NCBI GenBank assembly: GCA_964343575.1
Contig: CAYFJV010000001.1
Coordinates: 534,705-598,704, forward strand
Origin: an uncultured Methanosarcinales archaeon
GTDB taxonomy: Archaea > Nanobdellota > Nanobdellia > Woesearchaeales > GW2011-AR9
Reading direction: 5' to 3'
Length of the DNA stretch: 64,000 nt
In this document: positions 9,499 to 18,804 of the stretch, piece after piece
Layout: every line of letters starts with the position of its first letter
How positions within the stretch are numbered: the first letter of the stretch is position 1
The notes under the pieces: generated by a model
Databases searched by the model: none
What the model was told of the DNA's origin: nothing
Seen by the model: the letters and a program-made list of their open reading frames with translations, nothing else
Made by a program: the position numbers and the translations under genes

Positions 9499-10353
9499 TT
9501 ATTCGCTAGCCCCCTTGTTCTCTGCCGGTGCAGCTTCTTCTGCTTTTGGAGCAGAGGTTTCTGCATCATCGTTTCTTGACTTTCGCTCAAAACGAGGAGC
9601 TGGTTCGTCCTTTCTTTCACGCCGAGGTGCTCGTTGTCGGTTCATTTCTTCTGCACTAGGTTCAGGAGCTCTTTCCTTTAGGAAAGCTTCTACCTGTTCA
9701 GTAAGGCCACTGGTGTGCGCCTTTTGAGCAACAAGTTTTACAGCTTGCTCTGCAAGAAGTTCATTGTCAACTTCTCTTCCTCGAACAAGGATTACTCCGT
9801 TTTGTCCAACAGTAATATCACATCGAGTATATCGCTTAATTAAGCCAACCATACTTCCTTGCTTTCCGATTACTCGAGGAACTTTTTGAGAGTTGATTCG
9901 GATAACTCTTCCCCCGTTTACCTTGAAAAGTTCAGGATCACGCATGGTTAAATCAATGAGGTTTTGAGAGGTTACCTTGGTAATTTTAGCAACTACAAAA
10001 TCTCCAATTGCAAAAATCTTACTGAGGTCCTCATCTCTTCGAATAAACCTGTTAGTAGCATCTTTTACATTCAGCATTGCTGAGTATGCGGTGTTGGTCC
10101 AAATTCTCCAACCAGACATAGTAATATCAGTTACTTGTCCAATGATCTTATCACCAACTTTTGGCTGGTAAGGTCCAGCTAATGGTGTTACTTTGATCAC
10201 ACGACCTGCAACATTTGCAAGTCCAAGAATTTTGGCAAAAATCTTATCACCTTCTCGGTAAGTATGCTCACCGGGAAGATAATCCATTCCGTTAGCAAGT
10301 TCTTGCCCCGGAATGACAACAGCTCTGTTTTCAACTCGTACTTCGCTTGTCAT
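9499..10353 (-). CDS. rrp4: Exosome RNA-binding subunit Rrp4
   Basis: S1 plus KH domains (KVPRVIGKQGSM, VGQNG), AHTSGLT; charged C-terminal extension. Confidence 0.95.
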   Translation of the reverse strand: MTSEVRVENRAVVIPGQELANGMDYLPGEHTYREGDKIFAKILGLANVAGRVIKVTPLAGPYQPKVGDKIIGQVTDITMSGWRIWTNTAYSAMLNVKDATNRFIRRDEDLSKIFAIGDFVVAKITKVTSQNLIDLTMRDPELFKVNGGRVIRINSQKVPRVIGKQGSMVGLIKRYTRCDITVGQNGVILVRGREVDNELLAEQAVKLVAQKAHTSGLTEQVEAFLKERAPEPSAEEMNRQRAPRRERKDEPAPRFERKSRNDDAETSAPKAEEAAPAENKGASE

Positions 10354-11044
10354 TTTCAATATCAATTTGTATGTTCCCCTGCGTCAACTTATTCAGCAAA
10401 TCAATCAACTCTTGCTGCATGCCAGCGGGGATTTCTACTTTTATCCTCCAATTGCCTTGTGAATCCCAGTCCTCTTTTAAAATCTTGCTGTTTTTACGGA
10501 TGGGATTATTGAGCTTGCCAATTTGGCTCGCCTGAACAGTGATGTTTAGGACCCTTTTCTCTATTTTGAGTGGAATGATGGGTCTAAGTTTATGGAGAGC
10601 TTCCTCAAAGAGTTCATCAACTGATTTATGCTCAGTTATGTGAAATTTGGCCTGTTCTAGAGCTGCTTCAATCCTTGTGATTGGGTGAGGGAGGTTGTTT
10701 GTTGGATTAATGGCCAATTGGTGAATCTTGGTGATGAGTTGGCGCTTTTTTTGTTCACGCTCTTTATTTCTGTGCTCAGCAGTTACTTGCACCTCACCTT
10801 TTTTGATGATTTCTTCTGCAACCTTGAGTGGATCGCTTGTTTGAAAGGCTTTTTGCAGATCATCGCTTGATGCAAGCATCCCTTTTTTTACATCTGAGAA
10901 AATATTTTCAGATTTGAGTACTTCCGAGATGGAAAGGTTTGGGTTTTTTCCTTCTTTGAAATCGATCGCCAGATCAGCATCAACACTAATCTCAAAATTA
11001 GTTCCTGCTTTTTTGAGTCTTGCTAGAATTACTTTGTCAGTCAT
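10331..11044 (-). CDS. Ribosome maturation factor SBDS/Sdo1
   Basis: ARLKK.G.NFEI, IFSDVKKG and NPTNNLPHPITRIE motifs; between psmA and rrp4. Confidence 0.95.
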   Translation of the reverse strand: MTDKVILARLKKAGTNFEISVDADLAIDFKEGKNPNLSISEVLKSENIFSDVKKGMLASSDDLQKAFQTSDPLKVAEEIIKKGEVQVTAEHRNKEREQKKRQLITKIHQLAINPTNNLPHPITRIEAALEQAKFHITEHKSVDELFEEALHKLRPIIPLKIEKRVLNITVQASQIGKLNNPIRKNSKILKEDWDSQGNWRIKVEIPAGMQQELIDLLNKLTQGNIQIDIENDKRSTS

Positions 11045-11108
11045 GATAATCACCAGTTGAGGTTTTTGGTTTGAAATTAAAAAATAAAGTTAGAAGAAAA
11101 AAAGAAAC

Positions 11109-11834
11109 TTACTTCGCAATCTTCCTAATCTCTGCTGGAGAGAGTTTAGTGTAACGCTTGGTCTTGTTATCGACGTAAACTACATCTAAACGATCAACAG
11201 AAAAATTACTTCCAAGCGCTGCTTTAAGTGCTCCGAGTGCGAGAGAGAGTCCATCTTGCACAGACATTCCTGGCTTGTATTTCTTTTGCAGCACAGGTTC
11301 GATCTCTGCTTCACCTTCACCGATAACAGCTGCTTGATATTGAAAGTATAGTCCGTAAGGTTCAGTCAAGTAGAGCTTTGCAGTTCCATCTTCTTCTACT
11401 CCTGCAATAAGCATAGATACACCAAATGGTCGAAGGCCCGCACTTTGCGTACAAATTTGTTTAAGATCACAAATATCCTTTACTACAGTTAAAATGTCAA
11501 TCTTACTGTTGTAGGTTACGGTGTGTTGCTGCGCTTTAAGCTGCGCCCGATCTACAAGTACCCTTGCATCCGGGATGATTCCTGAAGCAGTAACCGCAAT
11601 GTGATCATCAATTCTAAAAGTCTTTTCAACAGAACTTGGAACAATAAGTTTTGAGTTTACTCGTTTGTCTGCTACAATTACCACACCATCTTTACAAGTA
11701 ATTCCAATTGCAGTAGATCCTTGCTTTACAGTTTTCTTTGCATACTCAACTTGAAGAAGTCTTCCATCAGGGGAAAACATAGTAATGCTACGATCGTAGC
11801 CCATCTTATCCATCATATTTTTCATATAACTCAC
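11109..11834 (-). CDS. psmA: 20S proteasome alpha subunit
   Basis: GYDRSITMFSPDGRLLQVEYA and RPFGVS motifs; exact start uncertain. Confidence 0.96.
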   Translation of the reverse strand: MSYMKNMMDKMGYDRSITMFSPDGRLLQVEYAKKTVKQGSTAIGITCKDGVVIVADKRVNSKLIVPSSVEKTFRIDDHIAVTASGIIPDARVLVDRAQLKAQQHTVTYNSKIDILTVVKDICDLKQICTQSAGLRPFGVSMLIAGVEEDGTAKLYLTEPYGLYFQYQAAVIGEGEAEIEPVLQKKYKPGMSVQDGLSLALGALKAALGSNFSVDRLDVVYVDNKTKRYTKLSPAEIRKIAK

Positions 11835-11951
11835 CTACAAAACCAGTTAAAAAGTATGCTTTTTCAGAATTCTTCCTTGCTTATAAAGGCTTCTCTTCTT
11901 CAAGCCGTAAGTGAATGAATTTCGGGGAGACCAATAAAAAGAGTGAGAGAG

Positions 11952-12404
11952 CTACTCCCCGTCTAATCTTGCCAGCAATTCTAAGACATTACCAATGATC
12001 TTGTTTCTTACATCAACAACATCTGTGCCTTCATTTGCTGGATCTGCTAGTGCCCAATCTTGAATCTCTTTTGTAGTTATTTGCATTCCAGAAGGAAGCT
12101 CACACCCATTTGCCATACAACCCATAGTGTAAGCTCCTACAACCCGTGCAAGCTTTCCTTGGAGAGAAGGATGATCTACATTTTTTGGGAAGTAACTTCC
12201 ATCAGTTACATCCACCCCAATACTTTTCATTGGATCTACTATTTTTGGATTTACGCTTTTCCCTTCTCCAATTCCTGTTCCCCAACTCACTGCCTCGTAG
12301 GCAGAATCTACTTTTGGAAAAATTTTCTTAAGATGATTAAAAGCTGCCTGAGCCATCTGGCTTCTCCCAGAATTATGTCCACAAATCATTGCAATGTATT
12401 TCAT
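11952..12404 (-). CDS. Low-molecular-weight phosphatase / ArsC-like arsenate reductase
   Basis: P-loop CGHNSGRSQMA, TMGC..GC and W.L.DP motifs. Confidence 0.8.
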   Translation of the reverse strand: MKYIAMICGHNSGRSQMAQAAFNHLKKIFPKVDSAYEAVSWGTGIGEGKSVNPKIVDPMKSIGVDVTDGSYFPKNVDHPSLQGKLARVVGAYTMGCMANGCELPSGMQITTKEIQDWALADPANEGTDVVDVRNKIIGNVLELLARLDGE

Positions 12405-12435
12405 GAGAAAGGAGGAAATAAAGGGACTTATAAAC

Positions 12436-12783
12436 TTATTTCTTATTTACCTTCTTCACAGTTCCAGAAGTAGTTAGAGAACGAACAATCACTGAACTTC
12501 CCTTGACCTTCTTCACCAAAGCGAGTGCAGCTTTGAGCTCATCTACATGCTTATGCGCAACCTTGATTGGAAGGGTTTGCTCTTCTTTGTCAAACTTTCT
12601 TCCCAAAAGTTTGATTGCTGCTCGTGAAAGACCCAAAGTACCAAAGAATTCTTGAAAAGTAGATTCAAGTGCTTGCTTTATCTCTGGATAGGTGAAGAGT
12701 ATTTTGTTGGTTTTGCTCTCCTTACTGATTACCTTGACAAGTACATAGCGTTTTCTTTCTTTAAGAGAAGGGAGCGGTTTCAT
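12436..12783 (-). CDS. rnp2: Ribonuclease P protein component 2 (Pop5/Rpp14)
   Basis: LPSLKERKRY...TSGTVKK; heads the exosome-proteasome superoperon. Confidence 0.92.
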   Translation of the reverse strand: MKPLPSLKERKRYVLVKVISKESKTNKILFTYPEIKQALESTFQEFFGTLGLSRAAIKLLGRKFDKEEQTLPIKVAHKHVDELKAALALVKKVKGSSVIVRSLTTSGTVKKVNKK

Positions 12784-12827
12784 TATTGTAGGGAAAAAGA
12801 GAAAGAAGTTTATAAAAATTTAGATCT

Positions 12828-13475
12828 CTAAAGGCCAAGCACGGGTCGAATCCTTTGAATGGTCCCCGTATTTCTTTCTTGACTAACCCCTAGTTCAAAA
12901 CGATTTTTTTGTTGTCCCCAACGAACTGCATCAGCAATTGTTCTGGTAAACCGATCGATCCTGCTAGAGGGAACTCTCCCAACTCCAGATTTAAGAGTAT
13001 AAGTTATTTGGATCTCTCCACCTTGAAGGAGATAGCTTACTGCGACCCCCCTTACCCTTTCATCACCAGGGTTACTTCCGATATCTAATTGTAACTCCTT
13101 CATTGAGGGAGACAAAAGGCTTGTAAGAAGCCCCGACTGCAGCCGCCTTGGGTCATGTTTTCCATTAAACTCGTATGAACCAACAATCGGGTCTTTCTCA
13201 CCAGGCCTCAGAGTAATTAACCCTCCTGAGTTCTCAACAACATAACCTAACTCTTCACCCCCATATTCAAGAGCTTCAATAAATCCATTTGGGTCTCTTC
13301 CAGCCATACTACAAGGAATTTGAGGAGTAAAACCATCTAAGAAACCGTACACTAAGACTTCTGCCAACCCAACCTTTTCATCTGGACAAAGTACTAGAAC
13401 ATCTCCTGCAGTCGCATTCCCAATTTTCGTGTGGGAATCAGTATATTCTCCTAAACTTCTTGCTAAAATTACCAT
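12828..13475 (-). CDS. Hypothetical protein
   Basis: 215-aa ORF with its own TATA-like element at about 13496-13510; no recognised motif. Confidence 0.6.
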   Translation of the reverse strand: MVILARSLGEYTDSHTKIGNATAGDVLVLCPDEKVGLAEVLVYGFLDGFTPQIPCSMAGRDPNGFIEALEYGGEELGYVVENSGGLITLRPGEKDPIVGSYEFNGKHDPRRLQSGLLTSLLSPSMKELQLDIGSNPGDERVRGVAVSYLLQGGEIQITYTLKSGVGRVPSSRIDRFTRTIADAVRWGQQKNRFELGVSQERNTGTIQRIRPVLGL

Positions 13476-13520
13476 TCAAATCTAGCAAGGCCGGTCCTTT
13501 TTAACTTTTTAGGAAGAAGA

Positions 13521-13684
13521 GGCTCTGTCCTAAGAGACAAAAAGCACGCGCCAGGCGACGCCTTAGGAACTCTCTTCCGTCACTCTCTTTTCTCCTTGCA
13601 GTCGAAAAGGACTCCCGAGAGGATCACTCCTTAGTTTTGCTGTGGTCGCGAAGGGGCGCAGGTGCATTCTCTTAGGACAGGGCC
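13521..13684. mobile_element. Non-autonomous MITE, 164 bp
   Basis: 17-bp terminal inverted repeats GGCTCTGTCCTAAGAGA (13521-13537) and TCTCTTAGGACAGGGCC (13668-13684), one mismatch; exact 9-bp flanking direct repeat GGAAGAAGA (13512-13520, 13685-13693); GC-richer than flanks; no transposase. Confidence 0.85.
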
Positions 13685-13733
13685 GGAAGAAGATTCTATT
13701 ACCTTGAAGGCTGATTGAGAGAAGAGAAGAAGA

Positions 13734-14312
13734 TTATATTTTTTTAAGCTTCTTGCGCAAGCTCTTAAGATGGGGATGATATTGCTCTTGCATCACTTCA
13801 TTGAGCTTTTGAAAGATATTATGGGCAACCTTAAGATGCTGATGAGCTTCTTTTTTCTTTGCCTTGTGACCTTGCTTGAGAGCATGTTCAATCTCATTTG
13901 TTTGCAATAGACGCTTCTCAACCACTTTTCTGATGCGTTCCAGATCCTCATGAAAATGGTGCTGCTCCACTTTTGTGAGGCGATGATAAAGTGAAGAGAG
14001 TTGATTATAGGCAATCTTGAGTTCTTCAAGGGGTTTTTCTTCTAGTTTGGAAGAAAACTTTTCTAGCTTCCATTCCATACGGTGTGCGGGGATACCATAC
14101 TCCCAGTAGAAAAAAGCTATGACAAAAAAGAAGATGAGCACTACTAAAAAAAGCATGAGCACAGTAATTGGCGCATAGCTTGCCTCAAAAGAGATTGCCT
14201 GGCCACTGATATTTTGGCCCGCCATAAAGAAGTTTAATCCTATAAGAGAGAGACTGGTAAGAAAAATGATCGCAAGAATCAACACCCTTACATTCTTTTT
14301 TGTTTGCCTCAT
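13734..14312 (-). CDS. Hypothetical membrane protein (2 TM plus helical C-terminal domain)
   Basis: Two hydrophobic segments separated by an ISGQAI motif. Confidence 0.7.
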   Translation of the reverse strand: MRQTKKNVRVLILAIIFLTSLSLIGLNFFMAGQNISGQAISFEASYAPITVLMLFLVVLIFFFVIAFFYWEYGIPAHRMEWKLEKFSSKLEEKPLEELKIAYNQLSSLYHRLTKVEQHHFHEDLERIRKVVEKRLLQTNEIEHALKQGHKAKKKEAHQHLKVAHNIFQKLNEVMQEQYHPHLKSLRKKLKKI

Positions 14313-14374
14313 CCTAACACCTGAAACACTCTTTTTGTATTCTTGGAAAATTACTGGGGAAATAAAACAATTAA

Positions 14375-15865
14375 TTATTTGTTGTACAACTCAAAAATCT
14401 TTGCTGAGAGCTCACTGATTTTCACTCGTTCCTGCTTGGTTGAGTCCCTATGACGAATAGTTACCATTTCGTCATCCAAACTTTCAAAATCAATAGTGAT
14501 ACAAAATGGAATGCCAATCTCATCAGCTCGTGCATACCTTCTTCCCACACTTCCAGAGATATCAAAGAAGGTTGGAAATTGTTTTTTGAGGCCATTGTAT
14601 ACTTCCTTTGCTTTATTGAGCACAGGCTCTTTGTTTTTAACAAGTGGGAAAACAGCTACTGCATAGGGTGCGAGTTTTGGCGGAAGTTTAAGCACCAGGT
14701 TTCCACGCTCTCTATCATCATTGTAAACTTCGAAAAGAAGCGCCAAAAAAAGACGATCAAGTCCCTGACTTGGCTCAATAACTGTAGGGATTACTTTTTC
14801 TTTGGTCTCTTCATCAAAAATTTCTAGTTTAGATTTTGCATGAGTTTGGTGTTGGGTCAGATCATACTGCCCCCTATCTGCAAGACCAAATATCTCTTTG
14901 AAACCAAAAGGAAATTTGTAATCAATATCAAAAGTTGCGCTGGAGTAGTGAGAGAGTTCGGTTTTCACATGCTCTCTTACTCTCAAATTCTTTGCTTTGA
15001 AGTTAAGTTCTTTTGTGTACCAAAGATAGAACTCTGCAAGCCAGTAAGCATGCCATTCACCGAGAAGTTTTTGTTTGAGCAGATCTGCTATGCTTACTTT
15101 TTGCATTCCTTTCTTTTTTGCATCTTGTTGTTTTGCTGAGAGAAACTGAAAGGAGACTTGCTTATGCTCTTTAGTAAGCTCAGGGCATTTTTTTTGTTTT
15201 GGATGTGTAAAAAACTCTAGTTCCATCTGTTCGAATTCTCTTTGTCGGAAAAGAAATTCTCTTGGAGAAATTTCATTACGAAAGGCTTTCCCGATCTGCG
15301 CAATTCCAAAGGGAAGTTTTTGCCTTGTAGTCTCCACAATCAGTTTAAAATTAGGGAAAATGCTTTGACAAGTCTCAGGCCTCAAATAGGAAGTGCTCGC
15401 CTTCTCTTCAGAAGGGCCAACTTGGGTGTGAAACATGAGATTGAAATCTTTAATCTCTTGAAATTCCTCGCCCTTGTAGGTAATTTTATGCTTGTTAATA
15501 AGTGCTTGGATCTCCTTTGCACTGAGCCCATCCGCAGGAATTTTAAGCTCGTCTTCAATGAAGTGATCTGCTCTAATCTTGGTCTTGCTTTTTTTAGTAG
15601 TGAGAAGAAGATCAGCAAAAGTGTCTACATGTCCTGAAGCCTTCCAAACCTTCGGGTTGGTAATGATAGACCCATCCTGAGCAACAACATTTTGTCTATC
15701 TTGCACAATGAATTTGTACCAACTCTGCTTGAGTTTGTTCTTTACCTCAACTCCCAGAGGACCATAATCAAAGAAACCTGCTAAACCACCATAAATTTCC
15801 GCACTCCTGTAGACAAATCCTTTCTTTTTACAGAAAGTTGCCATCTCCTCAATACTCAGTGTCAT
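14375..15865 (-). CDS. glyS: Glycyl-tRNA synthetase (alpha2 type)
   Basis: IYGG..GFFDYGPLG, WKASGH, YLRPET, FRNEISPR, REFEQME and RRYARADEIG motifs. Confidence 0.97.
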   Translation of the reverse strand: MTLSIEEMATFCKKKGFVYRSAEIYGGLAGFFDYGPLGVEVKNKLKQSWYKFIVQDRQNVVAQDGSIITNPKVWKASGHVDTFADLLLTTKKSKTKIRADHFIEDELKIPADGLSAKEIQALINKHKITYKGEEFQEIKDFNLMFHTQVGPSEEKASTSYLRPETCQSIFPNFKLIVETTRQKLPFGIAQIGKAFRNEISPREFLFRQREFEQMELEFFTHPKQKKCPELTKEHKQVSFQFLSAKQQDAKKKGMQKVSIADLLKQKLLGEWHAYWLAEFYLWYTKELNFKAKNLRVREHVKTELSHYSSATFDIDYKFPFGFKEIFGLADRGQYDLTQHQTHAKSKLEIFDEETKEKVIPTVIEPSQGLDRLFLALLFEVYNDDRERGNLVLKLPPKLAPYAVAVFPLVKNKEPVLNKAKEVYNGLKKQFPTFFDISGSVGRRYARADEIGIPFCITIDFESLDDEMVTIRHRDSTKQERVKISELSAKIFELYNK

Positions 15866-15930
15866 GGTAGAGAGGGAAGGTAAGGAGTTTATTAAGCTTT
15901 TTCTAGAAAATAGGAGCCTTACTCTAAAGA

Positions 15931-17196
15931 TTAGCGTTTGAGCCAGTCAAGCTCTTCGGAGCTGAGTTCAAATTCTTCTGCAAATTGTTCTTGCGTTTCT
16001 TTGTCGCTATTTTTTACGATTTGCTGTATATAGGGCATCTGAGCAAAGGCTACTTTACTTGAGACGTGCGTCGTTGTTGCAAACTTTTTGGCGATCTCCT
16101 TCTTCTTAGCAAGCTTCATTTTTGCCTGCCAGATCTTGAGGAGCCTCATCGGTTGTCTGTAGTTAAGGAAATCTGGGTTTCGTTGATCCTTACTTGTTGA
16201 AATACCTGCACTGAGAAGGTTGTAGACATACACAAGGTAACGCCAATGCTGCCTTCGCATAATTCTTCTCTTGAAAATGTCTGCTCGTGCCAGTTTTTCA
16301 TAAGCTCGTGAGAGGTCTGCTGGGTTTTGGTACTCTTTTGGTAAGTTTTCATCAAGCCAAAGCATGATTTTATCAGGGTCAATGTCCACATTATCAAAAG
16401 CCCGTAGTGCATTTTCTGCTGAAGAAGACTTGAAGACAAGTGTGAGTGCTTGGATGATGGTTTCAGTACGTTTCCTATCAGAGAGATTGAGCACATCTTT
16501 GAAAGTTACTTCTTTGAGAGGCGTGAGTGTTTGAAGATCAAGTAAGGCTGCGCGTAGATCTCCGTCTGCTTGACGGGCAAGGCTTTGCAGCGCCTTTTCT
16601 TCGTAGCTTGTGTTCTCTTTTTGACAAATTGTTTCAAGAAAAGCTGCCATTACCTTGTGATCTATTTTAGGAAACTCAATTTTCATTGACTTTTTCTTGA
16701 GTACCTTGATCTTTTTGTTTTCAATGTCATTAACTGTAATAATCACGGGAAAGGAAGCCTTCTCAATTGCCTTAGCAAGCTCTTGAGCTCCTCCACGATC
16801 TTTTCTCCCCGAAAGGTTGTCAAGCTCATCAATAAGAATGACTTTTTGTTTGAAGAAAAGTGATTGCTGACCCATAGCTGAAGAGAGGAACTTTCCAATA
16901 GCATCTTTGTTTCTCAAATCAGAAGAGTTGATCTCCAAGAGGTCTAGATCCAGTTCCTTTGCAAGTGCATAGACAGAGCTTGTTTTTCCTGTTCCGATTG
17001 GTCCATGAAGAAGTGCTGCGGGGTTTTTTGCTTTGATTGCTTTGTAATTTGTTATGAAATGTTTAAGTTGGTGTGCTGCCTTCTCTTGTCCAATGATTTC
17101 CTGACTTGATTGGGGAGCATACTTTATTGTGAAGAGAGCAGGTCTTTTTTGAGCTGTGTTTTGAGAAATCTTTTCTAACATCCCTTCTTGGCTCAT
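15931..17196 (-). CDS. rfcL: Replication factor C large subunit
   Basis: KYAP, HGPIGTGKT, EINSSD.R, LIDELD, GDLRAAL, WLDEN and ADIFKRRI motifs. Confidence 0.93.
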   Translation of the reverse strand: MSQEGMLEKISQNTAQKRPALFTIKYAPQSSQEIIGQEKAAHQLKHFITNYKAIKAKNPAALLHGPIGTGKTSSVYALAKELDLDLLEINSSDLRNKDAIGKFLSSAMGQQSLFFKQKVILIDELDNLSGRKDRGGAQELAKAIEKASFPVIITVNDIENKKIKVLKKKSMKIEFPKIDHKVMAAFLETICQKENTSYEEKALQSLARQADGDLRAALLDLQTLTPLKEVTFKDVLNLSDRKRTETIIQALTLVFKSSSAENALRAFDNVDIDPDKIMLWLDENLPKEYQNPADLSRAYEKLARADIFKRRIMRRQHWRYLVYVYNLLSAGISTSKDQRNPDFLNYRQPMRLLKIWQAKMKLAKKKEIAKKFATTTHVSSKVAFAQMPYIQQIVKNSDKETQEQFAEEFELSSEELDWLKR

Positions 17197-17289
17197 TTTT
17201 AAGTTTTAAAATATTTGGGTTGATGAAAACTAGTATCTTCTCTATGCTCATAATCTATTTAAAGCTTGGAAAGGGTTCTTTCTCAACGT

Positions 17290-18717
17290 ATGGCAACAAT
17301 GCGTTTAGGATTAACTTATGCTGATGTTCTTCTTGTTCCAAAGAGAACTCCTCTTAACTCACGAAGAGAGGCGGATGTGAAAAGTAAGTGGACCAAAAAT
17401 ATTTCTTTGAATACTCCACTTGTCAGTGCAAACATGGCCACAGTTACTGAACATAAACTGGCAATAGCTATGTCAAGGGAAGGGGGGCTAGGAATAATTC
17501 ATCAATTTAACACCATAGAAGAACAGGTTGAAGAAGTAAAAAAGGTGAAACGAAGCACTAGTTACGTTATTGAAGATCCCATCTCCATTAGCCCCCATGT
17601 AAGTGTACAAGAGGCGGTTGATAAAATGGAAGAGACCAGCGTTACCAGCCTTCTAGTTATTGAGAATGGAGTTCTAGTTGGTATTTTCACTTCCAAAGAT
17701 TATCTTTTTGAAAGCAATTTTGATCGGCGAGTGAGTGAAGTGATGACTCCAAAAGAAAAGTTAGTGACTGCTGCGCCAGGAATTAGCTTGGAAGACGCCA
17801 AGAGAATTTTTCAAGAATATAAAATCGAGAAACTCCCTCTTGTAGAAGATGGTCGTGTTAAGGGGCTCATTACTACCAAAGACATTAAGAGACTAGAATT
17901 TTGGCCTAACGCAAGTCGTGATGCAAAAGGTCGCCTCCTTGCAAGCGCAGCAGTTGGTGTGAAAGATACGCTTGAGCGGGCACGCGCACTAATCGATGCT
18001 GGCGTTGATGTTTTAGTACTTGACATTGCGCATGCTCATTCAGATCTTGCAATTCAGCGTGTTCGAGAGCTCAAAGCAGCATTTGATATTGATGTGATGG
18101 TGGGAAACATTGCAACAGCCAATGCTGCACGTGATTTGATTGAAGCAGGAGCAGATGGTTTGAAGGTAGGTATTGGCCCGAGCCCCGTGTGTACAACACG
18201 TATCAAGTCAGGAGCGGGGGTTCCACAATTCACTGCTGTGATGGATGTCTGCAGCGTTGCAAAACAGTATGGCGTTCCCGTTACCGCAGATGGTGGTATG
18301 AGAACTCCTGGAGATGTTGCTAAGGCGATTGCTGCTGGAGCAAGTACTGCTTTTAGTGGAACTTTGTTTGCGGGGACCAAGGAAGCTGCAGCGCGCATTG
18401 TCTACAAAGATGGAAAACGCTACAAGAAATACATGGGAAGTGCTTCGTATGTGAGTAATCACGAGAGAAAAGAGCACCTTGGTGGGAAAAAGATCAAGAA
18501 AAACCTTGATGTCTACGTTGAAGGAGTAAGTAGTCTTGTTGATTACAAAGGAGAGGTAAGAGGAGTCATTGACAAATTGGTCAAAGGACTTCAAAGCGGC
18601 ATTAGCTATTGTGGCGCACGTAACATTTTGGAAATGCAAGCAAACGCAGAGTTTATTCGCATTACTTCTGCGGGCTGGACCGAGAGTAAGAGTCGAGGAA
18701 TGAAGTTGAGTGAGTAG
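17290..18717 (+). CDS. IMP dehydrogenase/GMP reductase family protein with CBS pair (GMP reductase-like motifs)
   Basis: LTYADVLLVP, SANM, DIAHAH, GIGPSPVCTTR, ADGG and SGISYCGA motifs; CBS pair. Confidence 0.9.
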   Translation: MATMRLGLTYADVLLVPKRTPLNSRREADVKSKWTKNISLNTPLVSANMATVTEHKLAIAMSREGGLGIIHQFNTIEEQVEEVKKVKRSTSYVIEDPISISPHVSVQEAVDKMEETSVTSLLVIENGVLVGIFTSKDYLFESNFDRRVSEVMTPKEKLVTAAPGISLEDAKRIFQEYKIEKLPLVEDGRVKGLITTKDIKRLEFWPNASRDAKGRLLASAAVGVKDTLERARALIDAGVDVLVLDIAHAHSDLAIQRVRELKAAFDIDVMVGNIATANAARDLIEAGADGLKVGIGPSPVCTTRIKSGAGVPQFTAVMDVCSVAKQYGVPVTADGGMRTPGDVAKAIAAGASTAFSGTLFAGTKEAAARIVYKDGKRYKKYMGSASYVSNHERKEHLGGKKIKKNLDVYVEGVSSLVDYKGEVRGVIDKLVKGLQSGISYCGARNILEMQANAEFIRITSAGWTESKSRGMKLSE

Positions 18718-18804
18718 TCTTTTACCTGACCTTTTCTTTCTCTTTTCTTATTTTTATCTTTTATTCTCATTAACTTTTTAAAGAAGAGCTGGCTCCCATT
18801 GGGG

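Noticed and set aside
9498..9620. N-terminal extension of rrp41 (similarly nop10, yvcK, AbrB, CC1-like)
   Set aside because: Over-extended ORF calls reaching into upstream genes or promoters
13521..13684. RNase P RNA, SRP RNA or 6S-like RNA (GC-rich rod near rnp2)
   Set aside because: No convincing GAGGAAAGUCC/ACAGAA..GGCUUA or SRP helix-8 motif on either strand; the exact 9-bp flanking duplication favours a MITE
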